From the NCBI GenBank assembly GCA_945859975.1, contig CAMAPH010000060.1, forward strand, positions 1-12,982: a DNA stretch of 12,982 bases, read 5' to 3'. Made by a program: the position numbers and the translations under genes. The DNA is from Chthonomonas calidirosea (GTDB taxonomy: Bacteria > Armatimonadota > Fimbriimonadia > Fimbriimonadales > Fimbriimonadaceae). Shown here piece by piece: positions 1 to 7,436 of this stretch (position 1 is its first letter; every line of letters begins with the position of its first letter). The notes under the pieces were generated by a model. That model was not told where the DNA came from. It saw only the letters and a program-made list of their open reading frames with translations, and did not search any database.

Positions 1-905
1 TTCGCAAGATCAACGTAGCTGCCGATCCAGCTCAGGACCTTTCCGAACTTGTCGGGGTGGTTCCAGGCCACGGTGAAGGCGCAGATGGCGCCGCTGCTGC
101 TGCCGGCAATGGCGCGTGAGTCGGGAGTTTGCCGCAGCTTGTACTTCTTTTCGACTTCCGGCAAGATCTCCGTCAGCAGGAATTCGCTGTATTGGTCGCT
201 CACTACGTCGTATTCGAAACTGCGATTTGATCCGCCATCTGGCTTGGTGCCAGGCTCGAGGAAGATCGCGATGGTGGGCGGCATGTCTCCGGCGTGAATC
301 AGATTGTCAAAGCTGGTCGGGACGTAGTTTTTTGACCACTGTCCGTCTTGCCAGACCATGGTGCACGCGGGTTTGGCGGGGTCATATTGGGCCGGAACGT
401 AGATCCACCAGTTCCGCTTCACGCCCGGAAAAACTTTGCTTTCCCACATCGGCATTTGGGTGAGGGTGCCTTTCGGCACGGTCGGCTTGGCGTAGGTGTC
501 GGGATGGCGAAGATAGGCCTCTACGGTGTCGGGCGAGCCGACGAGGGTGGCGTCGTCGACGATGACGGTCCAGCGAAATGCGGCGCCGTCGTAGAGCCCA
601 ACCGGTCCGGCCCAAAGGTCACTTGAGCCCGGCACCTTCTTCAGGCTGATGGTCACCGCTTTGTCATCGGAGAAGACGCGTACGGACTTCGCGGTTGCGG
701 AGCGATACGAAAATACGGCATCCAGCCCACGAACTCGCACGGTCGGCTTCGCGACCGGGCCGAGGAGTTTTTCGATGCGGGGCAGGTCGGTGGCGGTCCA
801 ACTCTCGGATTCGATCATTTGGCGCAAATCGAATGCGTTAAGGTCTTGGGTCTGCGGAGTGGAAAGGGCCGCCAGGGCGACAATCATGGCGGTAGCCGAC
901 ATCAT
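1..905 (-). CDS. Secreted alpha/beta-hydrolase, enterochelin-esterase (Fes)-like putative esterase with an N-terminal Ig/E-set-like region; 3' end runs off the window
   Basis: Manual minus-strand translation from ATG 905 is open to the window edge: MMSATAMIVALAALSTPQ (signal-like)...VPKGTLTQMPMWESKVFPGVKRNWWIYVPAQYDPAKPACTMVWQDG...FDNLIHAGDMPPTIAIFLEPG...NRSFEYD...EILPEVEKKY...RAIAGSSSGAICAFTVAWNHPDKFGKVLSWIGSY. GxSxG nucleophile elbow (GSSSG). Absent from the ORF track because the stop lies outside the window. Confidence 0.85.
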   Translation of the reverse strand, partial: MMSATAMIVALAALSTPQTQDLNAFDLRQMIESESWTATDLPRIEKLLGPVAKPTVRVRGLDAVFSYRSATAKSVRVFSDDKAVTISLKKVPGSSDLWAGPVGLYDGAAFRWTVIVDDATLVGSPDTVEAYLRHPDTYAKPTVPKGTLTQMPMWESKVFPGVKRNWWIYVPAQYDPAKPACTMVWQDGQWSKNYVPTSFDNLIHAGDMPPTIAIFLEPGTKPDGGSNRSFEYDVVSDQYSEFLLTEILPEVEKKYKLRQTPDSRAIAGSSSGAICAFTVAWNHPDKFGKVLSWIGSYVDLA

Positions 906-939
906 AGCGATGCCAGCTTAGTTGATTTTTGCGATTTGC

Positions 940-1632
940 TCAAGGCGTGGCGGCTTCACTTTGCGCCATGTGGACGATGATGAGTGACCAACCCGCCTCG
1001 GCAAAGAGATACAGCAGGAACTGCAGCGCGGGGTTTGGCATGGCGTAGATGGCGCTTACGGCCGGCAGCCAGAACGCCCAACAGGTGACGAGCATCGGCA
1101 TGTAGATCGCTAAGAATCCGCCGTTCCGAAACGCGGTGCGCGTCCGCGCGAGACTGTAGCCGCGTTCGTGGAAGGCAAACATTGCCGCGCTAAACGGGAT
1201 CGTCACGAGTGGCGACGAGATGAACATGTCGGTGCAGACCTTTTGGATGAGAGTGACGAGGTTCGGCTCTTTGCCAAATACGCGGTCTAGCACCTGGTAG
1301 AGCAAGTCGATGACCATGCCAAGGAAGCCGAAAAACAAGATCTGAAACGGCACGTCCCGCCGGGCGAGGAGCGGTGCACGTGACAATGCCCTCGCGGCTT
1401 GCGGGATCACGATGCTGGCGATGATGTTCGCGATAGCGGCGCCCATAAGCCCGGACCGGACTTTCGTCTGCGCGAGGTTCTCGGCAAAGGCTTGAACGCT
1501 CGGGACACGGTAGTAGGCGACCGCAGCCGCTACAAGACAGACCTGGATGATCAGGAACGGCCGAAGATTGTTCCGGACTGCGGAGATTCCGGGGGAGGTG
1601 AGCTTTTGCCAGGTGCTCGCTGCAGAGGTCAA
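940..1632 (-). CDS. Integral membrane protein, Mpv17/PMP22-like C-terminal domain
   Basis: 230 aa with several hydrophobic segments. Motifs KVCTDMFISSP, YMPMLVTCWAFWLPAVSAIYAMP and LQFLLYLFAEAGWSLII resemble the Mpv17/PMP22 pattern (K..D....P; W..W.P......P; W near the C-terminus). TTG start overlaps the serC TGA stop (TTGA). Confidence 0.65.
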   Translation of the reverse strand: MTSAASTWQKLTSPGISAVRNNLRPFLIIQVCLVAAAVAYYRVPSVQAFAENLAQTKVRSGLMGAAIANIIASIVIPQAARALSRAPLLARRDVPFQILFFGFLGMVIDLLYQVLDRVFGKEPNLVTLIQKVCTDMFISSPLVTIPFSAAMFAFHERGYSLARTRTAFRNGGFLAIYMPMLVTCWAFWLPAVSAIYAMPNPALQFLLYLFAEAGWSLIIVHMAQSEAATP

Positions 1633-2702
1633 CCGTGTCTCCGAACAAAGTCATCCATTAGCTCGGCGAGCGCGATGCAACCGGCACGGGGAAAGGCGTT
1701 GTAAATGCTGGCGCGAATTCCGCCAATGCTTCGGTGCCCGCGTAGCCCGGACATTCCGTTTGCTTCCGTTTCTGCCAGGAATGCCTTTTCTAGTTCTGCG
1801 CTCGGCAGCCGGAACGTGACATTCATCTTGGAGCGTGAGCCGGGTTCGGTGTGTCCTTGATAGAACTCCGGCGCGGCGTCGATTGCGTTGTAGAGAATCT
1901 CGGCCTTTGCCTCGTTTTCGGCTTCGATCGCGGCGAGTCCGCCGTTGTTTGCCCAATAGTCCAGGGCAAGCCGAAGAACGTAAATGGACCACGTGGTTGG
2001 AGTGTTGTAGAGACTTCCGCTCTGCGCGTGGACGCGATAGTTCAGCATCGGCGGCAGGCCGTTCTTACCCGTAGCAAGAAACTCTTTCGAAGCGATGACG
2101 ACCGTGACCCCTGCCGGCCCCAGGTTCTTTTGCGCACCGGCATAGATGAGAGAGTAGTTCTCGATCGGGATGCGTCGCGAAAGGATGTCGGAGCTCATGT
2201 CTGCGACGACCGGCACGTTCGCGGCGATGCCTGGAGCAAGTTGGATACCTTCGATCGTTTCGTTTGAGGTCACGTGGAGGTACGAGCCGGTGGCGCCGGC
2301 AAAGTCCTCGGCGCCGGGCGCGAAGCTGTAGCTGCCTTTCCCCGAGACGTTGTGAGCCTGAACTGGCCCAACGGCCCGTGCTGATTCCTCCGCCTTCTCG
2401 CCCCAAGTTCCGTTGATCAAGTACGTCGGGGTTTCATGCGCGAAGTTCATTGGCACCATCGCGAACTGCAGACTGGCGCCTCCCTGGAGGAACAGGACTT
2501 CATGGGAATCCGGGATGCTCAACAGGTTCCGAAGCTGTTGTTGGGCCGCCTGAATGACCTCCTCGAATTCGGCCGAACGGTGACTCAACTCCATGACCCC
2601 GATTCCGCAACCATTGTAATCGTGAATACCGGCTTCGGCGGCGGTCAGAACCGCATCAGGAAGGGTTGCCGGTCCGGCGGAAAAGTTGAAGATTCGGGCC
2701 AC
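1629..2702 (-). CDS. serC: 3-phosphoserine/phosphohydroxythreonine aminotransferase
   Basis: FNFSAGPA, VMELSHRS, LFLQGGASLQF, NETIEG, ADMSSDILSR, YAGAQKNLGPAG (PLP lysine), LYNTP, RSKMNVTF, GHRSIGGIRASIYNA. Start moved from 2771 to GTG 2702 (MARIFNFSAG, 357 aa). This matches the usual SerC N-terminus and removes the overlap with tgt. Confidence 0.96.
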   Translation of the reverse strand: MARIFNFSAGPATLPDAVLTAAEAGIHDYNGCGIGVMELSHRSAEFEEVIQAAQQQLRNLLSIPDSHEVLFLQGGASLQFAMVPMNFAHETPTYLINGTWGEKAEESARAVGPVQAHNVSGKGSYSFAPGAEDFAGATGSYLHVTSNETIEGIQLAPGIAANVPVVADMSSDILSRRIPIENYSLIYAGAQKNLGPAGVTVVIASKEFLATGKNGLPPMLNYRVHAQSGSLYNTPTTWSIYVLRLALDYWANNGGLAAIEAENEAKAEILYNAIDAAPEFYQGHTEPGSRSKMNVTFRLPSAELEKAFLAETEANGMSGLRGHRSIGGIRASIYNAFPRAGCIALAELMDDFVRRHG

Positions 2703-2708
2703 GACGTA

Positions 2709-2714
2709 AGGGTA
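2709..2714 (-). promoter_or_regulatory. Putative -10 element (TACCCT) of a leaderless serC promoter
   Basis: TANNNT hexamer exactly 6 nt upstream of the GTG at 2702; no SD sequence. Confidence 0.6.
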
Positions 2715-2728
2715 CCGGCGGGCTTGTT

Positions 2729-2734
2729 CACAAT
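2729..2734 (+). promoter_or_regulatory. Putative -10 element (CACAAT) of a leaderless tgt promoter
   Basis: TATAAT-like hexamer (C at the first position) exactly 6 nt upstream of GTG 2741; same geometry as other genes in the window. Confidence 0.45.
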
Positions 2735-2740
2735 GATGGG

Positions 2741-3838
2741 GTGTCTGTTCACTTCGAACTTCTCGCCACATGCCCGGTTACTAAAGCAAGGCGAGGAAGG
2801 CTCCACACGCCGCATGGCACGGTGGAGTCGCCGTTCTTCATGCCCGTGGGCACGGTCGGATCGGTCAAAACCGTCGGCAGCGAGGACCTTGAAGCGATCG
2901 GGTTTGAGCAGATTCTCTCGAATACTTATCATTTGAATCTTCGCCCCGGTGCGGACCTTGTGGAGAGGTTTGGCGGCATCCACAAGTTCATGTCTTGGCG
3001 TGGGGGAATCCTGACCGACTCGGGTGGTTACCAAGTCATGTCCCTTTCGGACACGCGGAAGATCGATGACGACGGGGTGGTTTTCAAGAGCCACTTGGAT
3101 GGTTCGCTGATGTTCCTTTCTCCCGAAAAGTCGATCCAGATTCAGGGGCAGCTTGGCGTCGACATCAGCATGAGCCTGGACGAGTGTCCCCCTTACCCTT
3201 GCACTCGGGAGGAAGCCGCGGCAGCGATGGCCAGGACGCACCTGTGGGCACCGCGCAACCTAAGCGCCGCAAAAGAGGATCAGGCGGTTTTTGGCATTGT
3301 TCAGGGCGGAGTCCACGAAGACCTGAGAACCGAATCGGCCCAGTTCTTTAGCGAGTTGCCGTTCGCGGGGTTAGCGATTGGCGGCGTTTGCGTTGGCGAA
3401 CCGACGGAGATGCAGTATCCGGTAGTTGCTCACACCGCTCCCCTTTTGCCCGATAACAAGGCGCGTTACCTCATGGGCGTCGGCCACCCGCAAGACATCC
3501 TGCACGCGGTGGAGTGCGGTGTGGATATGTTTGACTGCGTTCTCCCAACCCGCATGGCGCGGCACAACGTGATGTACACCCTTCAGGGACGGCACAACAT
3601 GCTTAACGCGAAGTTTGCCGAGATGAAGGACTGGCTGGACGAGGAAAGCGTGTTCTCGCCGTTGGATCGATACAGTCCGGCATACGTACGGCATTTGGTC
3701 CGCGCCAAAGAACCCCTGGGAGCGCGGCTTTTGACCCTACACAACCTCAACTTTTACGCGCGCCTGATGCGCGAGATCCGAGAAGCGATCACCGAAGGAA
3801 CTTGGCGAGAACTGCGATCGCGCTACGCGAATGCTTAG
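2741..3838 (+). CDS. tgt: tRNA-guanine transglycosylase (queuine tRNA-ribosyltransferase)
   Basis: ARRGRLHTPHG, FMPVGT, SNTYHL, LTDSGGYQV, LDECPPYP, FGIVQGG, AIGGxxVGE, RYLMGVG, GVDMFDCVLPTR, HNL motifs; 365 aa. Confidence 0.97.
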   Translation: MSVHFELLATCPVTKARRGRLHTPHGTVESPFFMPVGTVGSVKTVGSEDLEAIGFEQILSNTYHLNLRPGADLVERFGGIHKFMSWRGGILTDSGGYQVMSLSDTRKIDDDGVVFKSHLDGSLMFLSPEKSIQIQGQLGVDISMSLDECPPYPCTREEAAAAMARTHLWAPRNLSAAKEDQAVFGIVQGGVHEDLRTESAQFFSELPFAGLAIGGVCVGEPTEMQYPVVAHTAPLLPDNKARYLMGVGHPQDILHAVECGVDMFDCVLPTRMARHNVMYTLQGRHNMLNAKFAEMKDWLDEESVFSPLDRYSPAYVRHLVRAKEPLGARLLTLHNLNFYARLMREIREAITEGTWRELRSRYANA

Positions 3839-3844
3839 GAGGAG

Positions 3845-4738
3845 TTAGTACTTCTTGAAGAAGTCCCACAGTTTGGCGGTCGCGTCTAAATGGCGGGTGT
3901 CCGGACCAGTCATGCTGGCCGGCAATCCCGATGCTTGGCCTCCCGGCCAGCCGTGGCCTTGCCCTTCGATGGTCAGGGCAGTAAACGGCGCACCGCCGCG
4001 CAACGGTCCGAACTCGTAGCGTTGAACGGGGCCTGCCATTTTGGGGCTGATTCCGCGTTCGCGACCCCCCATGCCCTTCGCATACTTACCCAGTTCCTGC
4101 ACGATGGGCAACATGTCTTGCTCCGTTCCCCATGGGTTCTTGCGACGACCGCCATTCCAGGGAACCAGAGGGTCTTCGAGACCATAGATTGCGAGCACTG
4201 GGACCGGGCGTGATTTATCGGTTGGCATCACCCAAGGTGGCGCCATCACGGGGCCGATCGCAGAGAGAGGAACATTTCCCTCGGCGGCGTATCTCCAGGT
4301 CATCCCGGCTCCGTTCGAGTGTCCGGTCATGTAGATCCGGGCCGGATCTACGTTGAGGTTTTTCACCGCATGTCGAAGCAGATCGTCAAGAAAACCAATA
4401 TCGTTGACGCGAGCACGTGGGCTAATGGCGTTCAGTTGCCCGCTGTTCCATAGGTTGGGGTTGGTTCGAAAGTTGCTTGCGGCACCGCGAATGGCCGGCT
4501 GCCCGGTTGGCGCGAGGCAGAGAAAGCCTTCCTGCTCGGCACGCGCTTGCCACCCGTTCTTGGTGAGGTACTGATCTCCCCGACCTCCCGCGCCATGCAA
4601 AACGACAACCAGTGGCTGCTTGTCGCTGCCTTCCCGCCGGCCCGCCTGGTGCACCGTCCATTCGCGTCCCTGGCTTTCAAACTTAAACTCAACCACTGGT
4701 AACGAGGACAAAGACATAGGCAACATGACGAACAACAT
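3845..4738 (-). CDS. Secreted esterase, PHB-depolymerase / LpqC-like alpha/beta hydrolase
   Basis: PLVVVLHGAGG, NDIGFL, VDPARIYMTGHSNGAGM (GxSxG), GLEDPLVP (Asp), GHGWPGG (His), DATAKLWDFF. Start uncertain (ATG 4738, 4726 or 4717); the track start at 4813 is unlikely. Confidence 0.85.
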   Translation of the reverse strand: MLFVMLPMSLSSLPVVEFKFESQGREWTVHQAGRREGSDKQPLVVVLHGAGGRGDQYLTKNGWQARAEQEGFLCLAPTGQPAIRGAASNFRTNPNLWNSGQLNAISPRARVNDIGFLDDLLRHAVKNLNVDPARIYMTGHSNGAGMTWRYAAEGNVPLSAIGPVMAPPWVMPTDKSRPVPVLAIYGLEDPLVPWNGGRRKNPWGTEQDMLPIVQELGKYAKGMGGRERGISPKMAGPVQRYEFGPLRGGAPFTALTIEGQGHGWPGGQASGLPASMTGPDTRHLDATAKLWDFFKKY

Positions 4739-4836
4739 CGTGGAGTAGACGGAACGACACGACAGTAGTTCACGTTGGCTGGGCCCTTCCGCTGAGAAAT
4801 CTATTCCAATCATTACCGGATCGTCGAATAAGTTCG

Positions 4837-4842
4837 TAAACT
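4837..4842 (+). promoter_or_regulatory. Putative -10 element (TAAACT) of a leaderless promoter for the GH57 gene
   Basis: TANNNT exactly 6 nt before ATG 4849; no SD. Confidence 0.6.
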
Positions 4843-4848
4843 GTGGGC

Positions 4849-6546
4849 ATGCCTGTTGGTCGCTTCCTTCTGTGCCTGCACTCGCACATGCCGTATGTAC
4901 TGAGTCACGGAAAGAGCCCGCATGGGACCGACTGGCTTCACGAGAGCGCGATCGAGTGCTACCTGCCCCTGCTGAGAACGCTCAAGCGCCTCGAAGCCGA
5001 GGACATTAGCCCGCGCTGGACGATCAATCTCACGCCGATTCTCGCCGAGCAACTTCTCGACCCGAGTTTTGCCGATGGCTTTGAGGCTTACTGCAAGGAC
5101 AAAATTGCCTCCGCCAAGCAAGATCTTGAACGTTTTCGACTGAGCAGCGAGCTCAACATGATCGGACTCGCGAGCTTTTGGATCTCGCTGTTCGAACGTG
5201 GCTTAAAGGAGTTCAAAGAGGATTGGAACGGAAACATCGTTGCTGGCTTCGGCGGGTTTCAGGAACGCGGACGCATCGAAATCATCACCAGCGGTGCAAC
5301 TCACGGATACCAACCGCTACTTGGAACGGACGAAAGCGCGCAGGCGCAGATCGAGCTTGGCGTTGCGGCATACGAGGGTTACTTTGGCAAAAAACCTCGC
5401 GGTATCTGGTTGCCGGAGTGCGCCTACCGGCCGCGATACGACTGGAAGTCGCCGGTCGATGACAATGAGACACCTTGGGCGAGGCGCGGAACCGACGAAA
5501 TCTTGGCGGAGAATGGGATCGAGTACTTCTTCGTCGACTCGCACATGATCCGCGGCGGAAAGCCACTTGGGACCTACGCGAACCAGTTCCCGCAGCTGGC
5601 GGAAATGTTTGCCAGAAGCTCGCGGTACTTCACGCCACCGGAAGAGTTTCGCAGCGAGTACGAGCACTACGTGTTGCCGACCGGCCTCACCGTTTTTGCC
5701 CGCGATCCGGAGACCACGGTCAAGGTTTGGTCCGGCGACGTCGGTTACCCAGGCGATCCGTACTACCTTGAGTTTCACAAGCAGTTGTATCCGGGTCGTC
5801 ACCGCTACTGGCGAATAAGCGAGAACAAGGCCGACCTTGGACAAAAGCAGCCGTACGATCCGTACGAGGCTTACGACCGAATCGTGCGGCACGCCAACGA
5901 CTTGGTGAACGTGCTGAAGAACACCCTCGCCCAATACAAGGGGCTATCGGATCGCGTGGGCACTTTGGTGGCGATGTATGACACCGAGCTGTTTGGCCAC
6001 TGGTGGTTCGAAGGGCCGGAGTTCTTGTATGAGTTGGCAAAGGCTATTCACCGTGACGGCACGCTAGAGATGGTCAGCGGCGGCGATGTGCTGGACACCG
6101 ATCCGGCAAAGCACCTGATCCACTTGCCGGAAGGCAGCTGGGGAGAAGGCGGCTACCACTCGGTTTGGCTCAATACCGACAACTCTTGGACATGGAAGCG
6201 GCTTTATCCGCTTGAGCGAAAGCTCCGCCAGCTTGTTCGTGACCATGTTCCCGGTCCGGCGGATGAGATCATCGAGCAAGCCGCTCGGGAGCTCTTGCTG
6301 GCTGAAGCATCTGACTGGCAGTTCCTGATCTCAACAATGTCGGCGAAGGACTACTCAGAAGTTCGCTTCACGGACCACGCGGATCGCTTCGAGCGACTAG
6401 CGGTGTTGGCGGAAGCAAAGTTAGCTGGGCGCGAGCTTGACGGTGAGGAAGCCGCGTTCCTGTTGGACTGCCAGGAGAAAGATGCGCCTTTCCCCAAGAT
6501 CGATCTTCAGATTTGGGCCCCGAAGGCGACATCGGGCCGGAAGTAG
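4849..6546 (+). CDS. GH57 1,4-alpha-glucan branching enzyme (GH57 + DUF1957-type C-terminus)
   Basis: LHSHMPYV, WLHESAIECYLP, GATHGYQP, GIWLPECAY (Glu nucleophile), VWSGDVGYPGD, EFHK, YDTELFGHWWFEG (Asp acid/base), GSWG, ARELLLAEASDWQF. Start ATG 4849 preferred (565 aa). Confidence 0.93.
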   Translation: MPVGRFLLCLHSHMPYVLSHGKSPHGTDWLHESAIECYLPLLRTLKRLEAEDISPRWTINLTPILAEQLLDPSFADGFEAYCKDKIASAKQDLERFRLSSELNMIGLASFWISLFERGLKEFKEDWNGNIVAGFGGFQERGRIEIITSGATHGYQPLLGTDESAQAQIELGVAAYEGYFGKKPRGIWLPECAYRPRYDWKSPVDDNETPWARRGTDEILAENGIEYFFVDSHMIRGGKPLGTYANQFPQLAEMFARSSRYFTPPEEFRSEYEHYVLPTGLTVFARDPETTVKVWSGDVGYPGDPYYLEFHKQLYPGRHRYWRISENKADLGQKQPYDPYEAYDRIVRHANDLVNVLKNTLAQYKGLSDRVGTLVAMYDTELFGHWWFEGPEFLYELAKAIHRDGTLEMVSGGDVLDTDPAKHLIHLPEGSWGEGGYHSVWLNTDNSWTWKRLYPLERKLRQLVRDHVPGPADEIIEQAARELLLAEASDWQFLISTMSAKDYSEVRFTDHADRFERLAVLAEAKLAGRELDGEEAAFLLDCQEKDAPFPKIDLQIWAPKATSGRK

Positions 6547-6549
6547 ACT
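6544..6549 (+). promoter_or_regulatory. Putative -10 element (TAGACT) overlapping the GH57 stop codon
   Basis: TANNNT exactly 6 nt before GTG 6556. The spacer is CCTTCC, so there is no SD. Confidence 0.55.
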
Positions 6550-6555
6550 CCTTCC

Positions 6556-7389
6556 GTGTCGCTATCGCTTGTCGCCGCTCTCGCCGTCACTTCGGCTATC
6601 CAAACTAAGGTAGGTCCGGTACCCAAGCCGACAAAGACCCAATCAACCCGATTGCCCGCCGAAATGATCATCGCGGTTTCGGGCACTGCCGGCTGGTCCA
6701 AGACCAACTTAACTCCGATCCAGATTGCAAGCAAGATGGATCAGAGTCTGAAGGTCCTCAAACAGACTAAAGGGCAGTACCGGTACATGATCGACACGCC
6801 AAAGGGGAGGGGCCTGGCCTTCGGAGACCTTTGGGTTCCAAGTCAAACAAAGTATCGCTTGGAGGTGCCGTTCATTCCGACCGATCCGCGCGATCTCTCG
6901 AAGCAGACGATCGTGTCAGACGGCAATCGGTTTGGAATGATTGCGGCCGGAGGTTGGCAGAACGTTCGGCCGCGAGCACAGCGACCCAATCTCGTTTCTC
7001 GCCCTGTCCGGTCGAAGTGGCTGTATCAGATGGGTCGAATCGGCGTGGCGGGCATTGGTTCGACCGAGCGCCCATTTGCCGACCTGGTTCGTGAGCTTGG
7101 GCCAAACGGTTATCGGGTGACGGCGGAGCAACGAGTTTTGGTCGCTGGAACTGGGAAAACGACTTTCTACCGAATTCTTGCGACAAAGACCGGCTCGCTG
7201 CTTGATTCCATTGAACTCACAACGGTTGGGACAAGTTGGCTGCCGTTGAACTTGCGGGGGCGCCGAGCCTTGGCGGCCAAGAAGGGCCAAACCGCGCCAA
7301 AGCCAGTGACTGCTCTTTGGACGGCACGTTGGGAACCGGCTCGCCCGCTGGAGTTCGACCAGAAAAAATTCGAAGTACCAAAAAAGTAG
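6556..7389 (+). CDS. Secreted basic hypothetical protein, possibly LolA-like fold
   Basis: 277 aa; hydrophobic N-terminus MSLSLVAALAVTSA. GDLWVPSQTKYRLEV...QTIVSDGNRF and C-terminal FDQKKFEVP echo LolA-superfamily patterns. Fills the gap between flanking genes. The CDS is solid; the fold call is tentative. Confidence 0.65.
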   Translation: MSLSLVAALAVTSAIQTKVGPVPKPTKTQSTRLPAEMIIAVSGTAGWSKTNLTPIQIASKMDQSLKVLKQTKGQYRYMIDTPKGRGLAFGDLWVPSQTKYRLEVPFIPTDPRDLSKQTIVSDGNRFGMIAAGGWQNVRPRAQRPNLVSRPVRSKWLYQMGRIGVAGIGSTERPFADLVRELGPNGYRVTAEQRVLVAGTGKTTFYRILATKTGSLLDSIELTTVGTSWLPLNLRGRRALAAKKGQTAPKPVTALWTARWEPARPLEFDQKKFEVPKK

Positions 7390-7428
7390 ACAAAATGTAT
7401 ACCGATTTGTTAACGAGTGTGATATAGT
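7390..7428 (+). promoter_or_regulatory. AT-rich promoter region of the GntR-type regulator: extended -10 (TG-A-TATAGT, 7420-7428) plus candidate operator
   Basis: TGnTATAGT lies 8 nt before GTG 7437. Palindromes GTATAC (7397-7402) and GTTAAC (7409-7414), and an ACAAA...TTTGT inverted pair (7390-7410), lie upstream. Confidence 0.55.
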
Positions 7429-7436
7429 AGCCACAC

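Noticed and set aside
49..921. Several short plus-strand ORFs
   Set aside because: All are antisense to the continuous esterase frame.
2703..2771. ORF-track N-terminal extension of serC overlapping tgt
   Set aside because: The residues are not SerC-like, and GTG 2702 gives the canonical N-terminus and a well-placed -10 box.
4739..4836. Possible ncRNA or riboswitch in the divergent esterase/GH57 spacer
   Set aside because: Only a 4-bp CGAA/TTCG stem is visible and there is no recognisable RNA motif. The CATTACC shared with 9781 is too short to be significant.
5317..5934. 205-aa antisense ORF inside GH57 (likewise 2645-3241, 2436-2936, 6916-7434)
   Set aside because: Shadow ORFs of well-supported genes in GC-rich DNA, with no recognisable motifs.
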